From positions 21,018,001-21,082,000 of the forward strand of contig NC_135893.1 in NCBI RefSeq assembly GCF_964194155.1: 64,000 nucleotides of DNA. Direction: 5' to 3'. Below the pieces are notes generated by a model, which was given only the letters and a program-made list of their open reading frames with translations, was not told the DNA's origin and made no database searches. Position numbers and translations under genes: made by a program. Below, one piece after another: positions 47,694 through 58,305 of this stretch (position 1 is its first letter; every line of letters starts with the position of its first letter). Origin of the DNA: Cetorhinus maximus. Its lineage: Eukaryota.

Positions 47694-50600
47694 ATGGCAG
47701 GTAAAACCCTCCTTCAGTGTTACCAGCTGCAAACAAGCTGGGCTGCCAATTTACAATAGACTAATGATATTTGTAGAATGGGATCGTGTATTTTGGCTTC
47801 CTCTTCCTTAAAGCAACAAGCTCATTTATTTTTGCATTGTATTTTATTCCCATTTGTTTTCAGATGCATAGCTTTCCCAACCACTGGGCCCAGCTGCTGG
47901 ATGCCCCACGCCAGCCTCTTCCCCCCGCCCCAATACTGCTTCATCTCACCCTCTCTGCACAACCTTCTATTCCTTTCTCCCTTGTGTGTTTATTTAGCTT
48001 CCTATTAAATGCATGTTCTTTGAGCCTGCCCCTTTCCAGAGTTCCCCTGTGCCACTCAGCACCCCAGATCTCAGGGCAGTCAATTCCATTCGTGTTATTT
48101 CTCCCCCCCAACACATATGTCATCCAGATCCATTCTCAAACCAATTGGAGGAGTTTGTCAGAGAGTTAGATTGAGCAGATTTCATTCTATTTTTAGTCCA
48201 CTGCCCCAGTAGGGAGAGGCGATAAAATGTTTCTGTGCTGGAGGATTGAAGAGGACAAAAGTCAGCTAGAATTCCAAGTCCCGATTCTTGCAGGAAAGTA
48301 TCAGCTGAAGAGCAGACCATGCTTGGACATGGGCACAAAGTTTTTCACAAGTGGTTAAGGTCTGGAACGCACTGCCTGAGAGTTTGGTGGAGGCAGGTTC
48401 AATCGAGATATTTAAAAGGGAACTAGACTTATCTGAAAAGGAAGAATGTGCAGGGTTACAGGGAGAAGGCAGGAGAATGGCACTAGGTGAACTGCCCATT
48501 CGGAAAGCTGGTGCAGACACAATGGGCCGAATGACCTCCTGCGTTGTAACAATTCTGTGATGCCCTTCCCACTGTCATGAACCCTAACAATACTCTCAAG
48601 TGGATAATGGCCACTTAGGTTGAGTGGCACTGATGCAACAGTTATATTTTGGGATCTTTTCAACTCTCCTTCCTGTAGATTCTCACCTCTCGTATCTTCA
48701 ATGATTCTCATGATCAATTCCCATATGTTTTGAGAGTGTCCACTGTTGCCTAGAGAGACAGATAAGCGATACATCCTGGACAACAAATCACAATCCCTGT
48801 TTGCGAATTATTTACAAGCTAATGCAATTTATCCTAAGGATCCATGGAATCTTTTTTGAGTTTGCAAAAGAGGGACACAACATCAGAGCTCACTGAGTGT
48901 AAAAGGTGAAGTGAATTTATTAAACAGTCAACATATAGTCTAAAATTTCTGTAATAGACTCCCTACTGAAAATATTATTCTATCATCTAACTTAAATAAA
49001 AACAATAGAGTTGGCACCTAATACTAAGCTATCAGAGTACGTTAGACTATCTTCCACAATCTCACTTATTAAACAAATCTAGCCACTTGTACACCCTTTC
49101 ACTGATACTTGTAACTTGTTTTCATAATTAACCATTTAAAGTAATTGATTGTACATTTAACTAAACAAATCAAGACCACATTAAGGTCTACATTTGTTTA
49201 AGGCTTTATGGTTCCTCTCCTCAAGCCTACAGTTTGGGAGGGGGTAGGGTAAACAATCGAACCGATTGTAAATATTTGTATTGGATTTAGCTCAGGCATG
49301 GATTGCCTTAACTTCCTTGTCTATTGCGACTGGATTTAAAGGGGCAACTGTGGGGCTAAATGTAGTTAAGCAAAACAATGCTATATTTTAATTATAGGAA
49401 CTGTATTAGTGCTTCCAAGAAAGGGAGGACAGATAATTGGAAGAAGAGAAACCTCCTGTTCGTCACCACAAGCCCTAACCAGTGTTGGAAGTCAGTATTT
49501 TCGAAGTACTCATTCTGTGATTTGGTTTTGTGCTGATAGCCTTAAGATGGAAAAGGAACTGGGCTCCACACCAACAATTAGCTGTACAATGTGGGCAAAA
49601 TGAAGTGGGAGGGGAATTAACCTGCACAGGACCATTTCAAGCTGAGAATATGAGAAGAATTCCACTTTTCCCCCCTCCTTTTACAGAGTAGTAATTATGT
49701 ACAAAAGCATTGATGCTATGTTGATAAATTGATTCAAAACATTTTTGGGGAGCATTTATTCAATATTAATCCAGATGTTGCAGTTTGTACACACTCCCTG
49801 TGTCTTACAGGCTATTAGACTTTACAGTAGATAAGCCATATACATCAATATGTTTGAGCTGGGTGATCATTTTAAGGTTTATTTATATTGTTCAAGGTCC
49901 AAATTTGATTTTTTTTTTAGTACGGTATATATATTTGTAAGGTTGCTTAGTTGCTTACGAGGAATATTGTGCCTTGCAACATAATTTAATATTAAGACAA
50001 CTGTGTGACTGAATAGGGGAATTTTTTATTATATATTACACTGTATTCTGGATTTTTTTTAACCAATGTTTGGGGATCAACTGTCTTCAGCAGCTTCATC
50101 AATGACCTCTTTATCAGATGGTTAAAAGTGGGGCTGTCCACTGATGATTACCGTATTCAGCCCCATTCTTGTTTCCTCAGATAATGAAGCTGTCTGGCCA
50201 ACATTCTGGCTTGGACTGGTAGCTAGCAACATCCGCACTATGCATAGAATCATAGAAAATTTATGACATAGAAAGAAGCCAATTAGCCCATCGGGTCAGG
50301 AAGAGCTACTCAAGAGCTACCCAGCCTAATCCCACCTCCCTGCACTTGGTCTGTAGTCTGGTAGGTCACAGTTCTTCAAGTAGATACATCCAAGTATTTT
50401 TTAAATGCGATGAGAATTTCTGCCTCTACCACCCTTTCAGGCAGAGTTCCAGGTCCCTACCACCCTCTGGGTGGTAAAAATGTTTTCCCAGCTCCCCTCT
50501 AATCGTTCTTGAAATCTTTGCCCCCTATTTTTTGACTCCCCTGCTACAGTAAATAAGTCAACCCTATTTACTCTATCTAGGCCCCTCATAATTTTGTACA

Positions 50601-53031
50601 TCTCAGTTGTTACCCCCCAGCTTCCTCTGTTCCAAGGAGGTTGCAAGCACCAGGGAATGACCATCTACAACAAGTAAGAGCCTAACTGTACCCTTGGCAT
50701 TCGATAGCACTCCCATTGTTGACTCCCCCCACCATCAACATCGTGGGGCAGGGGAGTCATCATTGACCAGTAACTCAACTGGACCAGCCACCTAAATGCT
50801 GTGAACGCTAAAGCACATCAGAGGCTGGGTATCCTGTGACAAGTGGCTCACCTTCTGATTCCCCAAAGGCTGGTGTCCTGAAATTTTGCAGCAACAAGAA
50901 AACTTAGCAGCATTGCAGGTGTCCAGGCAGGAGAACACTTGAGCAACTTGTCCACTTGCTTTGACCGTGGTGAAGCAGCACACCATGATGGTGTCTTCTA
51001 TCAACTTTCTCTGCAACTGGGTTGGGTCCTGATTCCAGAGGTGTTCTCAGCTTTCCAATCTGTGCAAAGCAGAAAGTGTTTCGAAGCAATATGGGAATGG
51101 TAACATAAACACATTCTGAATCAATGCTTTTGTGGAATGTTAGATATTCTTCATTACCTCCGCCACTGAAGTTGGGCAGAGGTAATGTTTTCATCCCATT
51201 TGTTAGTCTGTTTATCTGTAAACAATATATCTCAAAAACTAATGGACGGATTTCAACACAGGATATGACCCAAGGAAGAACTGATTAGTTTTTGGAGAAG
51301 ATCTAGATCCTGTAATTTTTTAAAGGATCTATTAACACCTGGGATAGGGCAAATTGACTTCTTTCTAGAATGTTGTGGGTTGTTCTATTTAGAATACTAG
51401 GAGTATTGTGTCCAGTTCTGGGCACCGCACTTTAGGAAGAATGTTTCCAGGTGTTCAGTTGCACAGAAAGATTGGACAAGTTGGGACTGTTCTCCTCGGA
51501 GAAGAGAAGGTTGAGCGGAGATTTGATAGAGGTATCATGAGGGGGCTGGACAGAGTAGAGAGAGAGAGAAACTGTTCCCATTGGTGGAAGGTTAGATTTA
51601 AAGTAATTGGCACAAGAAGCAATGGCAACATGAGTAAAAAGCTTTTCACGCAGCGAATGGTTAGGATCTAAAATGCACTGCCTGAGAATGTGGTGGAGGC
51701 AGGTCCAATCAAGGCTTTCAAAAGGGAATTAGATCATTATCGGAAAAAGGAAAATTTGCAGGGCTACTGGGAAAAGGCTGGGGGCGTGGCACCATGTGAA
51801 TTGCTGCTTCAGAGGGCCAACACGGACATGATGGGCCAAATGGCTGCCTCTTGTGCTGTATCCATTCTATTCTATGATTAACTGACAGAAGCAAACAAGA
51901 AACAGGCAGACCTCCTTAAAGGAGAAGGACTGAGAAACACCGGTCAGTAGTGTACAGATCTCTCCCCAGTAATATGAGGTGTTGAATGTGAATGCATTTG
52001 ACTTTTTAATTGTAGGGAGTTGTGATGTGTAACTAATATTAACCTGTTGTATTGCAGGGGTGACAGGAGGCCTCACGGAAACCGAGCAGCAAGCAAAATC
52101 TGGCGCTCATTCTGGGGAGGCTGCTGAAGATGGGACTGCACTGCCCACGCCCCAGCCCCAGCCCCGCAAGAACTCCCGGCAATATGGCCAAAAGCATTTC
52201 ATCTGTAGCGAGTGCGGGAAGAGCTTCAAGCAGTACTGTGACCTGAAGCGGCACGGCCGGGTCCACACGGGTGAGAGGCCCTTCCGGTGCCCGCCCTGTG
52301 GCAAACGCTTCAGCACCTCCTACAACCTGCTGATCCACCAGCTGGTGCACAGTGGTGAGAAGCAGTACAAGTGCCGGGTGTGCGGCAGGGAGTTTGTCCA
52401 GCTGCACCACCTGGTCACTCACCAGCGCACGCACACGGGCGAGAAGCCCTACCCGTGCCCAGTGTGCGGCAAGGCCTTCCGCCAGTCCTCCACCATGATG
52501 GTGCACCAGCGCATCCACGCCGAGGAGCGGCCGTACCGCTGCCCCGAGTGTGCCAAGAGCTTCAAAACCTCGTCGAACCTTTCCAAGCACAAGCGTATTC
52601 ACAGCGGCGAGCGGCGCTTTGCCTGTGAGGTGTGTGGCCGCCGCTTTCTCCACTCCCACCACCTGGCCACCCACCGCCGCACACACATCGGCGAGCAGCC
52701 GGCCTTCTGCCCGATCTGTGGCCAGCGCTTCGGCAACCCAGCCCAGCTGCTGGCACACCGCCGTGCCCACGCCGGCGAGCCTCCCTTCAGCTGCGAGACC
52801 TGCGGCCGGGGCTTCAAGCAGAGCTCAACTTTGGTGCGGCACCGCCGAACACACACCGGGGAGAGGCCATACACCTGCCCCATCTGCGCCAAGGCCTTCC
52901 GGCAGACCTCCACTATGCAGGTACACTACCGCACACACTCTGACGATCGACCCTACCGCTGCCTGGAATGCGGCAAGGGCTTCAAGAGCGCATCCAATCT
53001 AATCGGTCACCACCGTGTCCATAGGAGGTAG
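47694..53031 (+). CDS. C2H2 zinc-finger protein with 10 tandem fingers; minimal model join(47694..47700,52058..53031), 326 aa; extra internal exons possible
   Basis: ATG GCA G|gt (phase 1) joins attgcag|GG GTG ACA in frame with the 52060..53031 ORF. No KRAB, SCAN or BTB domain seen. Confidence 0.7.
51153..51365 (+). mobile_element. Helentron-associated (HINE/DINE-1-like) non-autonomous element, tentative
   Basis: 5' hairpin attacctccgcca...tgggcagaggtaat, then a degenerate gttt/gtct microsatellite and ctcaaaaact...gacggatttcaac core. Confidence 0.5.
51400..51878 (+). mobile_element. CR1-type LINE 3' end; similar tails at 45060-45370 (-), 48340-48560 (+) and 50245-50635 (-)
   Basis: gagtattgtgtccagttctgggcaccgcactttaggaag...ttttcacgcagcgaatggttaggatct...gatgggccaaatggc...attctattctatgatt. 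Confidence 0.85.
52058..53031 (+). CDS. Zinc-finger array exon (10 x CX2CX3FX5[LM]X2HX3H)
   Basis: Uninterrupted ORF with ten canonical fingers and TGE(K/R)P-type linkers, ending TAG at 53029-53031; acceptor AG at 52056-52057. Confidence 0.95.
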
Positions 53032-53494
53032 AGTGCTCAACGGCTGCGTCTACCAGACAGATTTGAGCCATCACACCCATCTTGCACAGCATCTGCATTA
53101 GACCAGACTGTCGTCATTTGCTGCAAGCACCAAGTGACTTTAAACCTGGGGAGATTTTTACATTAAGAGACAGTAATTCACTTGGTAAGGGCATTCCTGT
53201 GAATTACCGTGGCACGAATGATGCAGTTTGATTTAATCGCTGTCTCTTTGAAACTCAAGTTTTGGTGCTTTGGGGAATTAAGAAGCCAGCTAAAAGACTT
53301 GTATCAAGCCTATCCCCATACAATCTTGTGAAATTTCCCCAGTAACAGGCTTGAGCTAAAGTCTAGTGCACAATTTTCAGACATCCATACAGACTGTGTT
53401 TTGATGCAGTTTGTATTTGAGTGTCTAGTTTTCAAAAGATATGAAATCCTGGTCACTCGTTTCCAGGGTATGCAAAAGGTTCTTCTCTGCTCAG

Positions 53495-53500
53495 AATAAA
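53495..53500 (+). terminator. Candidate polyadenylation signal of the zinc-finger gene
   Basis: First AATAAA noticed downstream of the stop codon. Confidence 0.3.
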
Positions 53501-56500
53501 GTTGGCCAATGGAATATTCCTGGAGTCAGAATGTGGGAATTGAGAGAAGCAAAGAGAAGATGAGTTGATGTTCCTGAAAATGAAGAGAAACACTATTTAA
53601 AAATCGTTTGCAAAGGATTTGATTAGCTCATAAGGTTACTATCCTTTATTATTCTATCTAATTGTTGACTTAGATAAAAAGATGTTTTATTGTCAGTGTA
53701 TAACTTCACTATTCAATTATGCTGTTGTGTAATAATTTCACTTCATATTTTGAATCTACATATAAGCATGATCTGTTGTGATGCTGTATCGCTTTTGAAA
53801 AATGAAGTGAGACCTTACGGTGCCACAAGATACTCCCGTATCTAAAACCTATCACCAAGCAGGGTTAGCTGTTTAGCTGGATCTCCAGCAGGGAAAGATA
53901 CTCATGTTTGGGACTTGATCATGAGTGATTGAAGATATGTGAACGAAATTAATGTATGGCAAAAACCTGAAAGCATAAAACATAATTACTATGTTTTTTT
54001 AAGCAGAAAATTTGCCATCTTGCTGTTTTGAGGACCTTTGGTGCTGAAATATAGTGTTGCCCAGACTGTAATCAGCTACCTCATCTGGGGTTTTCCTTGG
54101 CTGGGATTGTTCTTTTATAAAGTGTTGCAGAGCCCATTTTGGGGAAGTGCTGTCCACTTCAACGGAATTCCCCATTGAAGAATATTTTACCTCAGCGGAG
54201 GAAATGTTGGTATGATGTAACATGGAGACTCGGCTTCCTCCCCTCCCCAGATGTTTCTTGTGTTTTATGCTGAAGCAGGTTAAGCACTTTGCAAGGAAGG
54301 GGCCAGTCCTTGGGCTGCTCCACCACACTGCGGCAAAACATCGTGAAACATGGATTTCAGGCCTGTGAATACTCTTCTTCCACCTCCTGCCCCTACCTGG
54401 GAAGCTAAAAGAAAATGATCTGTCATAGATGCTGATCAAAATTTCTAGCATCAAGTACTCGCAGGTCAGGTATAACATAGTCATGATGCACAGTCAAGCT
54501 GCCTCTACCAAGGCTCTACAGTATGGGTCAGCCCCAGGCTTAGAAGAGCATTTTCCCATACCAACTACCCTTAGATTTAAATGAATGACATTGCCAATTG
54601 CCAATTAGTTTCAAATTCATTTTGTTTTGTACGGTAGATCCACACCCAAAAGAAGCTGGATTGAGACTGTTTGATCTCGATTCTCATAGGATCCTATGGT
54701 CAGCAGAGAGGACTTTCATTCCACTGATTTAGTCTGGATTTGTGTCCATGTCCCAGAGGTGAAAAGGTCATTTTCCGACCCAATCCATCACCTAGTCACT
54801 CCTGTATATTGCTGCCTTACCAGGGAAGTTCCATGAAAAAGATTTTCTTTAAAACTAAGGCTTGCGTGTAATCAACCTGAGTATAAAATAAATATTCATC
54901 AGTACTTGAAGGCAAGATTACTCATCATCCTTCTCAATGGGTGAATCAAGATCTTTAGATAAAGTGACTGCAAGTTTCCTTTACTCTTTATGAAGATACA
55001 CGCCCTACTCTCCTTTCACTGTGACCATGCTAAACGCAATGTCCTGTGTAGTGGAATTAGAATTTCCCATTAAAAGCCACAGAACCGATGATTGTCTTTC
55101 TGTCTACAATGCAGCTATTTTCTGTACATGTTGAATATTCCTGTTGAACATTTGCATTAACTTTCCATTTTTTTGGATGTGGGTAGAACAGTATAACTGC
55201 CAAATTACTGTACAACTTCTGTACTGAGTAACATTTGAAAACCATAAGCGCCTACTGCATATTTTCAGTACTATAGGTATTATTTTCCCATAATTTAATA
55301 AGTGGGCAGTAGATGTGCTAAATGTCAGTCATAATCTGTTTAAACCAATATTTTAACTATTGGTGTGGGTCATAGTATTGCTCACAGTGAGTCAGAGAAT
55401 ATCCTCTTTTTGTAATGGGAGGATTATACCCAGTACAGTAAAAGGTTATAAGGCAAGTGCTACTTCCTCAACATTGCTTGGGGACTTGTATAGATTGGGT
55501 TGTGGTTTGTGGGGGTTGGGTGGTGTGGGGCGGCGGTTAGTGTTTGGCTGAGTAAAGTGGGATGTTTAAAGAAGCTTTCCCCCTACTTCACATTGAAATG
55601 TTAATGGGCCCTGCACTATTTGGGACTGGCACCTGTAGCTTTGTGCCCACTGACTGCAGACTGCCTGCAAATGCAAATGTGCCCGCTGGCTGTCGTGCAC
55701 TGCTCTATCAGAAAGAAAGGCAGAGAGAAGGGGGCGAGGGGATCACTTGCTCGATTGCAACAACTTTTGCCCTATGCTGCCTCTATCATCTTTTTCCCTG
55801 CTTTCGTAGTGCTTCTCCGGTCAGATTGATCATTTTAAAGCAGAATTGCAGAGACAATGTATTTGGAGTTTGTAATTGAATTCGAAGCAGCTGTTCTCGT
55901 AAAATAACGCAGGATGACAGACAAACCAGTTTCTATCGCTTGTAAATTTTGCTCATTCTTGAGGGCACACCCCTTTGACGCTTTTGAATTACTCATACGA
56001 ACCAAGATCACTTGTGAGATCATTTGTTACAGGAAAGTCAATATTCATCACGATTACAATCAGATTCGTTCAGGCTACGTTAGTATGAATATCAACTGAA
56101 ATATCGCATGTAAAGTACCAGTTACTGAAATTGGTCATTCGATGTCAAATGCCAGCATAGAGCAAGTCAGCTGAATAATTTTCAATGTTCAATGTTTCAA
56201 TAAAATAAATATGCACTACAAAGGCTATTTGGCCCATTTTACCTCATGGATCCAAGAAGACCTTATAATTGAACTGTGCCCTAAACTATTCAAAGGATTT
56301 GTCTCCATTTGGAAGTCCATTCACATTCCGATGGCTCTTTGTGTGGAATAGTTGGCATCCTTTTAAATTCGCCTCTTCCCAGTTTGAACCTGATCTCCTG
56401 CCCTGCCCCTCTATTCAGTCATCTGCCAGAAGCAGTACAATGTTCATTTATGGGAGAGCTCTCCACTTAACCAGTGATGCTAGGCAGAATTTCGAGTGGA

Positions 56501-56554
56501 CATTTGATCTTTAATTACATTTCAACCAGTTCCCAAATCAAAATGGAGGACAGA

Positions 56555-56820
56555 GTTCATGGTCTGAAGTTGTTGAACACAAATGTCTAGTCCAGAAGGC
56601 TGTTAAGTGCCTAATTGGAAGATGAGGTGCTTTTTCTCAAGTTTGCATTAAGCTCCACTGGAACATTGCAGCAGGCCGAGGACAAATGTGAGCATGAGAG
56701 CAAGATGGTGAATTAAATGGCAAACGACAGGAAGCTTCAGGGTCGTGTTTGCAGACTGAGCCAAGGCGTTCTGCAAAGTGGTCACCCAATCTGCCTTTAG
56801 TCTCCCCAATGTCGAGGATT
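56555..56820 (-). mobile_element. Older Penelope GIY-YIG fragment
   Basis: LDIGETKGRLGDHFAERLGSV; collinear with 2860-3115. Confidence 0.8.
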
Positions 56821-58054
56821 TTGTTTCTGTGATCAAGTGCACTGTGTTCACAGAGATTGCTGTGCTTCCTGAACCTTGCACTTGACTCCACCTCATCTTC
56901 CCACAGTGCAACTCTGCATTTCTGGACCCTGTGCGGCCCTCACACTCAGAGCCAGGGGTGCACAGTACAACTGGATAGATTGAGAAGTCTAGAACTGCTC
57001 TTTTGTAAAGTGGTCATTTGTTTAATAATCAACACTACCATTTGTGAGATGTTTAGCAGATTTTATTTATTTAAAATACTTTTATATTACAAAAATATAA
57101 TGAAACTGGCAAATAGGGTACAGATAGTGTACCACCTTTACTGGGAAATTAGCTATTTTTCCCTGAAGAATCACATTTCTTGAGCATCAATACAGCTGCC
57201 ATCCACTGGCATCTTGGTAAATTAAAAATTAGAGGTGCTCTGTGTTAACAAAGTAAAATCACAAAGCCTGCAGAAAAGAAAAACCCAGAATTTCCTTCCC
57301 ATAATATATTGTAATTTAGCTTTTTACATTATTCAAAATATCACAGCAATACATTCTGCACTGTATATACAATGGCACATCTTACAAGCAGCTTAGGACC
57401 AACTAATGCAGGCTGAGGTTTGGATTCCAGTGTGATAGAATGAGGACTTGGTGGTTTGTGGGGGGGTGCTAGGCTTAACATTTCATGAGGAAGGAATAGC
57501 AAAAAGCAGTTCCAAAGCCGGTTCCTGCAACATCCACTAACTTCTGCCTGCCAGTTTGGGAAACCTCTATTTATTGCACCCTTTTGCTGTCTCTTAATTA
57601 TCTCTCAATCCATCCCAGCTTTTGTTGTCCACCTTTCAGTCAAATCTCAATCCATTATTAACATCCTTGTCTTCTGAACATCCTTTTACCTATAATTTAT
57701 TATTTACCTTTCTATATGCACAAGTAAATGCTTAAGCAAAATATTTATTAAATAATTCTACAATTTCTATATCAATTATAACCTCAGCATGCCCTGTCCC
57801 CCATCGCCTCTTTCTTTTAGCTGTAATTGTCAGCCTAACCTGATTACTCATCCCGAGAGCTATAAGCCTTAATGCAGCCCTTTCCTCCCTGATATTGTCA
57901 CTGGGCTAGTATTATAGAGACACAGGGTAATGCTCTGGGAACCCGGGTCCAAATCCCACCATGGCAGATAGTGAAATCTGAATTCAATAAAAATCTGGAA
58001 TTAAAATGATGACCACAAAACCATTGCTGATTGTTGTAAAACCATAACAGTGCT

Positions 58055-58305
58055 GTAATGTACAAGTGTAGCACTTTACACCCAATGATGTCATTTTGAA
58101 TTGTAGTCACTGTTTGTAATGTTAGAAAGGTGGCAGCTAATTGGCACCCAGCTAGCTCCCACAAACAATATGATAATAAACAAATGTTTTGTTTTAGTTA
58201 TGTAGATTGAGGGTAAATATTGCCCAGCACATCAGGGATAACTCCTATATAGTGCCATGGGATCTTTTGCACCCATCTGAGAAAGACTGGGCCTTGGTTT
58301 AACCT
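58055..58305 (-). mobile_element. Deu-domain SINE fragment
   Basis: Reverse complement of gcaaaagatcccatggcactat...gtttgtgggagc...agtgactacaattcaaaa. Confidence 0.7.

Noticed and set aside
48197-48345. Exon-like segment after a ttttag acceptor in the zinc-finger gene
   Set aside because: It hits a stop (TAA) in the phase-1 frame required by exon 1; it is open only in phase 0.
48573-49330. Possible solo LTR starting tgtcatgaaccc
   Set aside because: No matching terminal CA with a target duplication could be identified.
52039-53002. 243-aa antisense ORF and other overlapping ORFs over the zinc-finger exon
   Set aside because: Expected shadow ORFs of GC-rich C2H2 codons.
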